From: Anthoceros angustus
Lineage: Eukaryota; Plantae; Anthocerotophyta
Assembly (NCBI GenBank): GCA_010909165.1
Contig: MU008189.1
Location: forward strand, 310,001-374,000
Reading direction: 5' to 3'
Length of the DNA: 64,000 nt
The notes beneath the pieces are model-generated. The model made no database searches. It had not been told where the DNA came from and saw only the letters and a program-made list of their open reading frames with translations. Position numbers and translations under genes: made by a program. This document shows, piece after piece, positions 48,215 to 61,121 of this stretch (position 1 is its first letter; each line of letters starts with the position of its first letter).

Positions 48215-48554
48215 GTGTTACCACAATTTCCAATAAGAATTTATGTTAGGTATTAGGTACCTAGTATTATTCTAGGATTGGTGTAGGCTCTGGGTAGCTT
48301 CAAGGATTTCGTTAGTCCTTGCCTTCAGATGGTTCAGCTTCTTGCGTAGACTCACAGACATAAGCTAGCCTTCAAGTTTAGATCGCAATTCTTTACAGCT
48401 TGAAAGATTAACACCCTTGTAAAGCTGAAAGACCTAGGTGTAACAATGGTTCCACAAGGCAGTGCATTTGCTAGCACTTAGGCTGACAGGTTCTGAGTCT
48501 TGAATTCGAGGGGGCTTTCACCAACTTGGCAATCAACCCACTGACAGATCCCAA

Positions 48555-49139
48555 TTAGGTGGAACCTTGAGGCCGATTACCATCTTCAGGATGTCCCCTG
48601 CTTGGCACCCGACTCAACCACTGCTCTTCAGGAAGAGATCGAGCCCAATCAGGGCTAAACCCTCCCAACGTAATTCCTCTCATGGCATCAACGATAGCCC
48701 TACAATGTTCAGGAGGGAGAGGGGCAGACCTTCTCGCAACATCTGCACGATCAGCCTCCTGAATTGCTCTTTCAGCCTCAGTTCTCTTCCGCTCCTCCTC
48801 CTGCTCATCCTCGCTGTCCAGAAAAAGGGACTCGGCATGGTTGCCAGCCTGGTCCAGAAGCTCCAACCCGCTCACATTGCCATACACGTGAAAGTCCATG
48901 CCATTGACACTGATTACTCTACCTCCCGGCGGAGGCTGGCTGTTCACTGCTGCAGCAGCCCCGTTGCTCACAGAAGGCACGTCCACTTCCGGAGACCCGT
49001 TCTCCAGAAGCTCGTAGCCATCGGAGCCAGTAGGAGCTTCATCGCTTGCGTGGCTGGGGGCATCGGAGATGTGAGTGTACAGGAGCTCAACTGTGGCCAG
49101 TCCTAGCTGAGGGACTTCTTCCTCTGCCTCACAGAGCAT
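48555..49139 (-). CDS. MEA1 (male-enhanced antigen 1)-domain protein, single exon
   Basis: Acidic region followed by AIVDAMRGITLGGFSPDWARSLPEEQW, matching the MEA1-family I-x-x-x-M-x-x-I-x-L..P-x-WA..PEEQW pattern. Confidence 0.7.
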   Translation of the reverse strand: MLCEAEEEVPQLGLATVELLYTHISDAPSHASDEAPTGSDGYELLENGSPEVDVPSVSNGAAAAVNSQPPPGGRVISVNGMDFHVYGNVSGLELLDQAGNHAESLFLDSEDEQEEERKRTEAERAIQEADRADVARRSAPLPPEHCRAIVDAMRGITLGGFSPDWARSLPEEQWLSRVPSRGHPEDGNRPQGST

Positions 49140-50150
49140 GGCAATCAGTTCGGCATAAATTGCAGGCCGCCGGAAAGCCTAATTCCCAACCCTAGACGCA
49201 GCATCTGCCTCAAGCAACGGGACGAGAACATGACCCCAGATCTGCTTGCTACCTGGGAAGTGAACCAACATGTATGCAGCTCTCTACATTGCTCCAAGGC
49301 AAGCATAATGAACGTTGTGATTGAACATCCCGCCTCACCTCAACATAGAGTCCCCCAGATGTGCAATTTCGGGATATCATTCAGACTCCAAGGAAATTGC
49401 GACGCAAAACCCTGGAAAGTGACGACAGACATGGCATACCTGCAGACGGCGTCAAAGAGGGCGCCATGGACATGCGCATTCCAGCAGTTAGGACACCTTA
49501 GGGATCCCTACTGTGCTCCACTCCGACATTGTCTGTGTCTCCACGTTCCCGACGCTTGATCCGCCATGACAAACGTGAGGTTATGGATCCCGCACTCAAA
49601 CTTCCGCACAGCAAAGACGCCTTCTTTCTCTGGTTCGCATTGGGTTAGAACTTGGGTTAATTGACATGTCCGTAGCAGCATCACACGATTTACTGGAGCT
49701 ACATATTGGTTATTGGTTCAGCAACACAGCAACACATGTAATACTCAAACGCAACATCACCCTGGGCAACACGGACTCCAATGATATTGCCTCGATGTAC
49801 ATATCTGCTTGACATAGGTAATGTATGCTCGGGTTTGAGACCAAAGATTGATATGTATTCTGAGGAAGTTGGCTCTCACATCTGCTTAGGGACTTAGAAC
49901 TGAATCTGATTTTGTGACTGCTTCTTGCATTTTCTTCGTCGCACAAACCAATGCCGATGTTCTACTGAAGCAAGCAATTCCGATTCCGACATTCAGAATC
50001 TGATGTCATCAGTCTTCGCATACATTAAAATGAATAGAAATATAAAAAAATAACTCTGGACAAAATTGGTCCTTCAATGGCACAATCAGAGCACCGTGGA
50101 GGACGATTCGAGGTCCCCCCGAACGTCAAATAGCTGCACTTTCAGCGCTG

Positions 50151-53100
50151 TCAAACTGTATGCCCAGACGACACACTGGATTGCTCTTGATGAGTTTTAA
50201 ATCCACCTGAAGACAACACGAGACTGGAGTGAGAAACCGTGTGGTCCAATCCTGAGTTCATTTCGTAAACAAAGTTGACATCATTCACCTTATGTCCAAA
50301 CAGGTCACGAATGTTATCGATGTGGTACAAAATCATGGTGGGTCTGCAAACAGCAGGAGCTTAGTTAGTTACACATCCTAGAAGTGCATGTAAGTGAAAG
50401 CACACGTTCGGGTGACGGAGAACTGACCTTTCCAGAGACAAGCCCCAAGCAATAACAGACACATCCTCCGGAAGGCCCATGGGCAAAAGCATCTCTGGTC
50501 GAAACATGCCCGAATTGCCAACCTCAACCCACTTCTTCAGCCCATCATGGTAGCTGATCAGCAGGTACAGCAAAAGCCATGAGACTCTGATCAACACTTG
50601 GACAAACAGTCAACATTCAGTTAGCTGAACACACAAAATTACCTGAAAATCTCCATGCTGGGTTCCGTGTAAGGATTGTAGGCTGGCTTGAAACGTAGCT
50701 CTTTCATGCCTACACCGGATTGCAGTCAAAGAGCAACTGCCTCAGTACTTGGACAGGATCGCATGGCACTATGGCAGTTTTATCTCCACATCGTTTCCAA
50801 TGCAGGCAACAGAGAGCTCTGACTCACCAAGTCGAGAGAAAAACTCATTGAGGACGCCAATCAAGTCACCCAGAGTAAGACCTCTGTCGCAAATGAGTCC
50901 TGCAGATCGATAAGAGTAATACTCTTTTGAGTGTTCATCATTGCCACTCTGGAAGAGATAGGAGCAGACAAACCCAAGGAACAAGGCCCTCTACTTGCCT
51001 TCAATTTGGTGGAATTCAGCCAGATGAGTGCGATCCACAGCTTCATTACGGAAAACGCGATCTATCGAAAAGTATCTTTTGGGTACAAACTCTTTCTGAC
51101 ATCACGTGCTTCCATTTCTTCAGCAGATGAAGTACCTCAACGGAGTCACCTTAAGATCAGCTTTTAAGTACCTGGGCAAGTTTATAAAGCATTCGGGAAG
51201 ATACAGCAGTGGTGTGTGTCCGCAACAGATTCTTCTCTGCCTCATCTCTCTTCCAGTCATAGTTGTAGCTGTTTCAGTGAACTCAGTTCAATGCATCATC
51301 GAGCAAGGCAGAGACCTGGAGCATACATGCTTGAAGACAAACATACCCAATGGATCCATGGCCCCCTGACTCGTGCATTGTCTTCACTCTCTGCAAGTAG
51401 TCCTCAGGGAAAGTCCGAGCCTTTGCTGGCTCTGCAGTTCAATGAACCAGATCAGATAGCCCGCATAGGAAATAGACCAAGTCACAAATACGGCACTGGG
51501 CAACAAACCTTTCAAGAAGAAGGTATCATGAGAATCTCGAGCTGGATGCTGCTGTGGCTGAAACAGAGCATCAAAATTCCAAAAACTGCAATCTGAATGA
51601 CCACATTAGACATCTTGAATGCAATGCTCCTTCAATAAGTTCATTTACAGGCTGAGGGCACAGAGGACAGGTTTCAAGAGTCAATACCTGCTCTCCACAA
51701 AATTGTTGGTGGGCATCTCTTCGAACCTGTGCATGTTTGCACGGTATGAACAGTCATGAAAGGGATCTCATCAGGGAGAAGACACATTGAAATGAACAAG
51801 TAAAATATTCTTTATCAGTAACATGTTTCTAAGACTACATACCCCATTTCGAGAAATATTTGCCGGAACTGAGCCCTCACCTGCCATGTCAGAAGTGAAA
51901 ATATCAGTCAACACCCAGAGTCACAGTTGACGTAGGAAAGCCATTGAACATATGACAGCCTGCACAATGAGTAAAGCTAAGTCAACAGGTTCCCAAACAA
52001 GATAGGGTGGTTTCATCCTGAGGTGGATGAGTTGGGTGAGTCCTCCAGAAGGCACAGAAGGCCACACCTTCAATAGTGGGTGCAAATGCCCACCATCTGT
52101 AGGTTGACCCAGTGCGTTCAGATTATAAGGTTTGAACCCCACATTTTGCCACTGATTACTGCGCACAACACATATTCTCTTTAGCACCTGAAGAACGAAA
52201 ATGATCTGGCTGTGCATGATCAGAGTTGGACAACTTGGGAAAGTCGAAAATCAACAAAATCTACCTCTGCAGCATATCGCGAGTCAAATCAGTCGCAAAT
52301 TTCTGCCTCACTGGTGCATAGTTGATACCTTTCTGCAGTGAGTAGCACTTGGAGGTTCTGCATGACCAGATCCAGTCATTGACCAACTTAGTCATGGAGT
52401 GGCAGCGCACAATGCAGCCATAGCAAACTGCAGATGCTGCTGTCCACAGAACGCAGCACACCAGGATATTACGGCATAAGTACCTAAGTTCAATCAACTT
52501 CCTCTTCTTCAATTCTGTGATATCTGCATCAGAAACGGCTTTCACCTGATGGAGACAAGTCAACAAACAATTTCATTTTCAAGGTGGCAACAGATCAGAG
52601 CTAATAAGACGCTGCGACCGTTGACTTCTATGACCTCGACATCTCCAAAACCCCGCCCAGCCCCATTTTTCGGCTCCAGAGTCACAACACACGTACACAC
52701 AGCAATCTAGACCATGATGATGGGGTACACTAGGCAGCGCTATCCTTTACCTCGCCATTCTTTAGAGCAACAAGCTGCCGCTTGACAACATCCTCCACTT
52801 CAGCAACCTGGTCAATAAATGCAAGGTGAGGGTTCAAAATCTTAGAAAAGCACCATGGACGCGTTCCAAACAGATCAACGATTCTGCCAAGACCTTGCGC
52901 GAAACTTTAGGTTTTGCCTCCAGCCATTTGCTGGCCATAGCCTTGTTAAATCCAATCTTAAACACTGCAGCACCGACTCGCTCCTGTATACAGGCAGAAT
53001 GCAGACCGTATCAGGATTGCTTGAAATCACCAAAGAATTCCAGTACCACGAAAGTTGCAACATTCAAGTACCAGCAGACCTGTAGGTCATTCCGAGATAT

Positions 53101-53441
53101 GCCTTCCGCAGGAACAGCGGCGAACACCTGATACTCAGGAGAACCATTCACAGCGTAATCAGCTCCCTCAGAGGTCAACACCCACGTCTTCTTCTCAATG
53201 TCCTGCCCAAAACCCCGAGGTTTAGGAGCTGCCTCTAACCAGCTCAAAGAAATCAGTGCATTGCATTTCTGGCCAATCTTACCTGCACCTCAACGAAGCT
53301 AAACCCGTTCAAGCTTCTGATCACATCCGCAAGAGCGGCATGATCTATACCTTCCTCCTCCGCCCAGACCTCAGAGTTTGGGATTTCGGAATGGGACTTG
53401 AGGTATGACAACACTTTCTCCTCCACCACCTGGCTCCCCAT
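50151..53441 (-). CDS. FARSA: Cytosolic phenylalanyl-tRNA synthetase alpha subunit, many exons
   Basis: [132 protein letters not shown]; ends VCRLGIQF-stop. Confidence 0.96.
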
Positions 53442-54341
53442 CACGTCGAATTCCACCTTCAAGCAGGCCCCTTCCCTGAGCTCCGGAGGCAAGCGTTTGC
53501 CCCCTCAAATTCGCAATCGGGAAATTCCCACTATAGAATCTCCTTGCCAGTCTCCTGACAGTGAACCTCCGTAAATCCGTTCCGTGACAACTTGGCATTC
53601 GCAACAACGTGATAAATCATCATAATGTGGAGACTGTATGTAACAAAAGAGATGGAAAAACAGCGTGATAAATACATGTAGAGGGTTTCCCATTCCTACC
53701 ATTGCACATTCAAGGGAGTACCTACCTAAGCTCGGGCGTCTCAATTAGAGGGTTTCCCATTTACAGAGGTCCCGATTAGATGGAACCGACTGTATTAGGT
53801 GTTTAGTTATTGGATAAACCACCCCTGTTTTAGGGCACCAGGGTCGACTGTGGTGCCTGTCTCTTTGCCCTAACTTCTGCCGGGTATATAAGCGTGGCAG
53901 GCGCGAAATTAGAGGTCTTGTCTTGTTTGCGCTTCTGTCTCTCTGGCTGGGAAGCGGAATGTGCAGGGTCTGTTAGTTGTGCTGCTTTTTGCCTAAGGTG
54001 GTCGATGAGTTACGGTAGGCTCCGTTTATGGTGTCGCAGCTGCCCAAGTAGCCCGGTTTGAAACAAACTGTTTTGTGCGATCTGTTAGCTCAACAGTGAC
54101 CGCTCCTTGAATGGTCATATGCTGTTTCTGAGGTTGATTTTTGCCATGGATTGCATCGGGTGGCGCATTTCTTAGATGTTTCTCCCGTGTATCTGAGTGT
54201 GCCGATTAGAGTCAATTGCTAGAGGTAGAGGCCTGTGACGAACAATACTCGGCTTTCTATGATGCCAATAAGGCTCAGGATTCGACACAGATTTTTCTCC
54301 TGAGGTCTCACCTACGCTTGCGAAGGTTGTATGTGTGAGTT

Positions 54342-54915
54342 TGTCTGGCTATGAAGTCGTTCGTGTGCTAGAGGGGAATGCCCAGCGACAGTAAGAACCG
54401 ATTAGGGTTTTTGGCTGAAGTTCAGTTAACTTGGTTGGCTGGAATTGTGCGCGATGATGAAGTTGCCTTGTAGGCTTTTGCGAGAGGTGCCTGTCACCGT
54501 GAGCAAATCTTAAATCGACTTCTTCTTCCACTGAGCGCGTTGATTGCATGGTCTTGGTTCTGGAATGGTTCGATTTGTCCAAAAGCATCCTGTGAGGGGT
54601 AATAATGTTTTCTGGCAATAACTTCCAAACTCACGGTTCCCCTGTCCACCTTCAGCCCTCCTTATATCGAGTTTGCTTGGCTATGAAGTCGTTCGTGTGC
54701 TCGAGGGGAATGCCTAGCGGCGTTTCATGTTGTGGGATGTTGAGGCCCGTGGGTTGGAGGTGCGCGATGATGAAGTTGCCATGTAGGCTTTTGCGAGAGG
54801 TGCCTGTCACCGTGAGCAAATTTTAAATCGACTTCTTCTTCCACTGAGCGCTTTGTGTGCTTGGTCTTGGTCCTGGAACGGTTCGTCTGGTCGTACAGCA
54901 TCCTGTGAGGGGTTA
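54342..54915. repeat. Diverged ~250-bp direct repeat pair within an unidentified repeat-like region
   Basis: GGCTATGAAGTCGTTCGTGTGCT..TGCGCGATGATGAAGTTGCC..GCATCCTGTGAGGGGT at about 54342-54603 and 54672-54915. Confidence 0.85.
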
Positions 54916-56456
54916 AAATAGATTCGCTCAAAGACTTCCATGTTCACGGTACCCATGTCCATCACCAGCCCTCTTTCGATCGACTCGGAACAGAGAATCC
55001 TCGTAAGCAGGCTGCCTTGCACCATTTCGGAACTGAGGATTGTTGGCACGAGCTTGAAGTTTTAGCGCGTTACAGACTACACACTTCAACGGAAATCCTT
55101 GCTGAAATGACGTCGTCGACACTGTCGGTAGACAAGATTTCCGAAGTATTAGGTCACCGGCAGCATCACAGGTTCAGCCTGCAAGGAGTGACCACTTTAC
55201 TGATGCAAAACTCTTGCCCTAACCTTGGCCGAGTTTGAACCGGCCGTGGTGCGCTCCTGCGCCTCGCTAGTCCTCTCCTACTCGTTGGCCTTTAGCGGGT
55301 GAGGGGATCGTGCAGGCCTGCGTGGATGGAGTTGTGTGTCTCATGACAGGTCCCGTTTCGTGTTCTGTTGGGAAATACCGGGTTGACACAAGTGGCTTTG
55401 TCGGATCTGTGAGCACATCAGTTACCGTGTTTCCTAAATCCTTGTGAACGCTGTGGTTGAGGTTGATACGTGTTACAGCTTACAGCGTCCTTTACTATGA
55501 TTTGTCCTCCCTGCTAGAGCCGAGGTCGCCTATGCCAGTCTTCTTTCAAAGACTTATGGTCATGTGGCCAAGAGATGGTTGAAGCCAGAGGCACTGCAAG
55601 CAAATTCAAAAGCAGCCAGATTGAAGCTTGGTTAGAGCGAACTAGAGTAGAAAGTTACAATCTAAGTAATTGGTGAAACAGAGGGGCCGTGTGACGATGT
55701 CCACAGGAATCATCACCTTAGAATTCACGCCTGCACCGGGGTCCCGTGACAAGAAGCTACTAGCTAGGGTTTGCTGCGGAGAAGAGGTACCGGGCGCCGT
55801 TGCTGGTTGTGGTGGACGATGGGAACTCTCTCAGGCTACTATGAGCGTGTCACGTATGTACATTTGCGGGATGGTGCGGATGTTTGCTGTGAATCAACTG
55901 GAACTACGAGTATTGCGCGTTCCCGGCATCGCAATAGGTGCACTCACCCGGTGGAGTACTTGCGACCCGCTCGCGGCTGCAAAAATCACCTATCGGCAGG
56001 GTGGACCATCAGCGTTACAAATACAGACTTTGAAACTCGGGACTAGGACGCTGCGACTAAAAGTGACGAACACCATGGCGTTGCCGTGGAAGCTACTGCC
56101 TAGACCCATGTACTAAACCCCTCTCGCTATCCAGCATAGAACGTAGAGAAAGCTGCACAACAACGGTGAACAACATCCCACGTCGACAATCAATTTTAGG
56201 TGAAGATATAGGAATCAACTCAATGGAAACATTTTTCCACAGAATGCCATGAGGCATTTATACAATTAACTGCAAGTCATCACCGTTGGCTTTAAATAAC
56301 CATATCGGCCCGGCTTCCTTCGGAAAACATGGTTTCCCTGGCGAACTCCTTGGCAGAACCTGGATCGATGAGTCAGTTTTTTTACACAGCGATACAAGTT
56401 AAATTCGGCCAAGTTAGAGAAATCCGCTGATTTGCGACTGAGATGGGGGTTAGAAG

Positions 56457-58901
56457 TTAGCTAGGTTGACTGGATCCTCTGGATCTGAGAGTTATGTTTG
56501 AGCTTGAGATCACCGACGCACCCGGGGAAGGGTTAGTTCCTGTCCCACCCACGTGATCAATCACCCAGAAGAGGGCCCATTTGAGGTCGCATAACGTGAA
56601 TTTCAGAGCCTTGGTCCACTTCTCTTGGCGGTTGAAGCTCTGGGTAATTGTTAAGCCTTCTACCTTGTCATCCTCGATTCTGAAAGATGGCAAGAGCATG
56701 TCAACGCTCAGTTTCAGAAGGAAAAAACAAATCAAATTTTATGCTGTGCCCAGGGCGTGGACGATTCTGCAGACACTCATGATCAGTCGGGAAGGTGCAG
56801 AAATAGAAGCTTGAAGGGTTCACTACTTACTTGTAAGGCAGCTTAAACAATTTGTCTTCGGGCTTATTCCTTTTTTTGTCTGCGGCCCTCGCGAATTCAG
56901 CAAACTCTTTGAGACAAGCAATGAACAATGTCATTGCTTTGTCGTAGCGAGTACTCCAAAACAAGTTCACGGGACCAAATCTGGATGCACGGAAACTTTG
57001 AGGGAGGTCAGTCATGATGCACGTGATCGAATAATACAAACGAACCAGTTTCGAGCCCAGCGTTGCTTACAGCTCATAAGTTTGTTGGCTGTCTGATATG
57101 CGAGGGTAGCTACCCAGCGGCATGATTCTGTACCTGTTGTTACAATCAAGTAAGTCAGTAGTGCTACTAATGCATGAAACACACACGCGACAATTGGAAG
57201 TTCTAATGCACATTCATATGAAAGACAGCTTACTTCAAAGTCACGTGACAAAACTGGGCCATGGTGGACAACAGTAAACATGCCTGTCCCCATGCAGCAT
57301 TGATCTCATCCCATTCTACCTACAGAGGACAGCAGGTGCCAAAGATGAATCATGTTAGACCAAGGACCTGACTTGTGGCTATCACAAAGCAATCTGACAA
57401 GCCAAGGAGGGCAACTCACCGGAATATTAGGCAAACGCCCGAGTCGGAAATTATTAATTGTGCCAAAGTCCCCATCGTGCCATATGAAGAATGCATCATT
57501 TAGGACATTGGTACGCTTCAGCATCTCCAGCTGTGCCTGAGCAACCTCGATCTTAGCCAATACTGAATCCCTGTTATTCTGAAATCAGGAACACATGCAG
57601 ATAAGCTATAGTCGCTGTCAAGTGACGAGAAGCAGGAAGGACAACCAGAAAGGATCCAGGAATGTGAGGTGAACCTGATGGGCTGCGAGCTGAAACCTGT
57701 ACTCGTTGACATCGTGCCAATAGCTGCAATTCATAAAGCAAGCACATGAGCGAAATTCTAGAGAGGAAGGAGTAACACGGCACTACAAGCATCACTTACC
57801 TCCTCTCCAAGTCCTCAAACTCCTTTGCTTTCTTCTCAATCTCGTGCAATCGAACCCTTACTCCATCCGTTTCTGACTCAACTGCCCTTATTTCTGCTTC
57901 TAGCCGTTGTTCTTCATCCTCGATCTGAACAACGAGGTCCAACACAAACGTTTAGGATCACACACCATCAGATCTACTACGACATAACAATGAGAAAGGC
58001 CCAAAGCTCTCACCTGCTGCTTATCCCGTGCAAACTCTTCTTCACTAAGAGCCTGATATGGCTCCTTCTTGAGACGCACAAGGGCCTCCTCATAAGCCTT
58101 GATCTCTCTCTGAGCTTCTGCCACTTGCTGATCAAGCTCCTCAGACAACAGTCTCATGCACTCAACGCAGAGAGGATGCTCAACCTTCAAAGACGAACAA
58201 AGCCCCCCGCCCGTGAGCGTCAAAGCCGCACAACACAAATCCCGTACAACACAACAAGACCGCACAGATAACAAGACCCGTACTGCCATGACGCTACCCT
58301 AACCTGTGACTCTGCTGTCGCAATGTCGAATACACGGTTCAGAACATTCACACTGGCATTGAAGCTAGCATTGTTAGTATGCTGCATGCCTCCACCAGCC
58401 CCAGCATGCTGCCCCGCGTCAGAAGGAGCCTCGACTCCATACATGGAAGCAGCTGCCGAGGGCAAGACCACAAACGACCCCTCCATAGCTCTGCCAGCCG
58501 GGCTCTCCCTATCCCCTCCGGCAGCTGGATGCAGCACAGGCTGCATCCCGGCACCGGCCCCAGGCACGGGATAAGGAATTCCGCTTCCCCGAGGCCGAGG
58601 AGGAGGAAACCCTCCAGCACCCCTCCCCTGCTTCGGCAACACAACGAACGACTGATCCATCCGTATTCCAGCAAACACGCTTCCCCCGCCATGGACAGAA
58701 GCTTGCGCACCTGCAACCCGAAGCCACGGCTTCAGCACACCACCTCACAAACCCAGTCCAACCCACCACAGACTCTGACCCCTGCTTGCCTGCTCTGGAC
58801 GCCTCCCCAGTCCGCTCCGCGTACACATCCGCGCCCACCACAGCAAAGGGATGCCGGCATTTCTGGCAAAGCCATCGTGGCACAGTTTGATCCAACCCCA
58901 T
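56457..58901 (-). CDS. ATG6: Beclin-1 / ATG6 / VPS30, multi-exon
   Basis: W-x-CQ-x-C start, MDQSFVVLP and [78 protein letters not shown]. Confidence 0.96.
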
Positions 58902-59466
58902 CACCTAAACACCACACCAAACCACATCCCCTGTCCATCACGTTTGTCCTCAATTGTTCCAAACACGGAATTCCACACCCCCGGCTGCCGAAAGAAAAAT
59001 CCCGGCTCATTCACAGACGGAAGGCCACGGTGGCAGGATAGCTCCACCCGCATTTCACATCCAGTTTAAACCAGGTTTCCAATTTGTCTTGATCATACCT
59101 TGCCCTCCCGTGGCCTTGCCATCTTCCTTGCCCTAATTTTGCAGCATCCTACCGCCAGCTGCAGAGCCGCTAGCTGCGTGATTTGGGATGCAACGGTTCC
59201 ATAAGCTCTCAAGATTCATCGAAAAGAGGGAACGACTGCGATTATAAGCTTCCTGCCGAAGGTTGCGTTTCTAATCGCGGACGTTTCCTTTTTTCTCCAT
59301 TGCCATTCCCACTCCAAGGTTAGTTCCTGCGGAGCTCCTACCTCGCAAGTCTCCTTCTTCTTCTTCTCGTAAGATCCTTCACCACTGCGAGAAGAAGATA
59401 GAAGATGAGGACCTAATAACATCATCAATAAAATATAGAGTAATAAAAAAGAATAATTAAGTTTGC

Positions 59467-60987
59467 ATGCGAAGGAACGGGACTCATGTGACCGAGGAGC
59501 TGTTTGAAAGAGTTGGTTCTCCAGGCTTTGCAGCGATGGCGGGTGGGAAGGGAAAATTGGCCCTGGCAGATCTGCAGAAGACGGTGGTGGAGCAGCTGCT
59601 GGCAGTTCCAGGTGAGGAGGCCATGCAAGAGTACTACGGGGATGTGGGAGCTTCAGGCGTGGGTGAAGGGCTGGAGGTGCGTTACATCGGGGAGGGGATG
59701 GGGAAAGGGGTTTTTGCAGGCCGGGATTTTGGTGAGGACGATGTTGTGCTGAAGGAGCCGCAGCTGGTGGGAGCACAGAGCACGCGGAGCAAGATGCATA
59801 GCCTGAACTGCAGCTTCTGCTTCCGGTATATCGGCTCTTTGGAGCTGCAGGTGGGCAGGCGGCTGAAGCTGATGGCGGAGCGTGGGGATGGTGGGGAGGA
59901 TGCCCATCAGCATGATGGTGATGCTGATGATGGTTATGGGTCGGACATGGGCATGGGAGAGCACACGCTTGGCGAAGAGTATGACTTGGGTTTTGTGGAG
60001 GTTGGAGAGGAAGCAGCAAGGAAGATGAGAGAGCGTGAGAGTTTGGCAGAGGGGCTGTTGAATGGCGGCATTCAGCTGCCCTACAGCAGTCTGTTCCCGC
60101 TGCCGCCAGTGCAGAGGTGCAGTGGTGGATGTGCTGAGGAGTTTTACTGCAGCTTGTCCTGCGCAGAAGCTGCCTGGGAAGGGTATCACTCTCTGCTCTG
60201 CACGGGTCCCGGATCCTCGTGTCGGGACAGGAAAGCGCTTGTGTGGTTTCAGCAGCACGCAGACACGACTAACGATGCCTTCCGCATTGCTGCCCAGGTC
60301 ATTGCCAAGACCATGCTCAGGTTTCGCAGGATCAAGCAGCTGAAGAGGGACGTGACAGACGAAGCTGCACTGCTGGAAGCTTGGAAACCGTTTGCCATGG
60401 GGTGGAAAGGCTTGATGTGGGAGACCATGGCACGACCGGAAGATGTGGATTCTGATGAGGAGACGGAGTTCAGAGACAGCATCAAGACTCTCGCAGCTGA
60501 TTCCTTGCACCTTCTTACGCAAGCAATCTTCTCTCCAGAGTTCGAACCTTTGTTCACCTTGGAGGTGTATGGCAGCATCATGGGCATGTTCGAGCTGAAC
60601 AATCTCGAGATTGTAGTCTCGAACCCGCTGGAAGACTACTTGATCCACATAGACGAGCTGCCACAGGAAGAGAAGGAAGAAGCGGAGAAGCTAACTCGGC
60701 CACTTCTGGAAGCCTTCGGGGACGACTACGGTGCATACTGCGAGGGCTCCGGCTTCTTTTGTCTACAGAGTTGCATGAACCATTCCTGTAACCCGAACGC
60801 AAGGGCATTCAAGAGGAGTGAAGACATCGATGGGCAAGCTGTCTTGCTAGCCAACAGGGTCATAGGCAAGGGGGAGCAAATCACCATCTCGTATGTGGAC
60901 GAGGATCTGCAATTCGAAGACAGAAGGCAAGCTCTGGCGGACTACGGTTTCGAGTGCCACTGCGAGAAATGCGCTGCGCGTGTATGA
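59467..60987 (+). CDS. ATXR2: SMYD-type SET-domain histone lysine methyltransferase (ATXR2/SDG36-like), intronless
   Basis: GKGVFAGRDF, split SET with MYND-type Cys (CSFCFRYIG..C.GGC..E.YCS..CAEAAW..YHSLLC), CMNHSCNPNA, ISYVD, post-SET FECHCEKC. Confidence 0.92.
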   Translation: MRRNGTHVTEELFERVGSPGFAAMAGGKGKLALADLQKTVVEQLLAVPGEEAMQEYYGDVGASGVGEGLEVRYIGEGMGKGVFAGRDFGEDDVVLKEPQLVGAQSTRSKMHSLNCSFCFRYIGSLELQVGRRLKLMAERGDGGEDAHQHDGDADDGYGSDMGMGEHTLGEEYDLGFVEVGEEAARKMRERESLAEGLLNGGIQLPYSSLFPLPPVQRCSGGCAEEFYCSLSCAEAAWEGYHSLLCTGPGSSCRDRKALVWFQQHADTTNDAFRIAAQVIAKTMLRFRRIKQLKRDVTDEAALLEAWKPFAMGWKGLMWETMARPEDVDSDEETEFRDSIKTLAADSLHLLTQAIFSPEFEPLFTLEVYGSIMGMFELNNLEIVVSNPLEDYLIHIDELPQEEKEEAEKLTRPLLEAFGDDYGAYCEGSGFFCLQSCMNHSCNPNARAFKRSEDIDGQAVLLANRVIGKGEQITISYVDEDLQFEDRRQALADYGFECHCEKCAARV

Positions 60988-61121
60988 CCTTCATGGACAA
61001 GGCCTATGATACAGAAATCTGCAACAAGCAAGCAACAACCATCCTTTAATATACAAAACACAATTCACTTCTGGCTTCCCAGAAGCTGAGATCAGCCTCC
61101 ATGCCCGGCCCTCCTCCCCGT

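Noticed and set aside
55670-56116. 148-aa + strand ORF as a gene
   Set aside because: It starts at a non-ATG codon and has no recognisable domain or splice structure, so it cannot be supported.
57781-57790. CACTACAAGC as the partner CACTA TIR
   Set aside because: It lies in an ATG6 intron, diverges after 9 nt, has no subterminal repeats and is on the wrong side to pair with 40179.
59653-60648. 331-aa antisense ORF
   Set aside because: Shadow ORF of the GC-rich ATXR2 coding strand.
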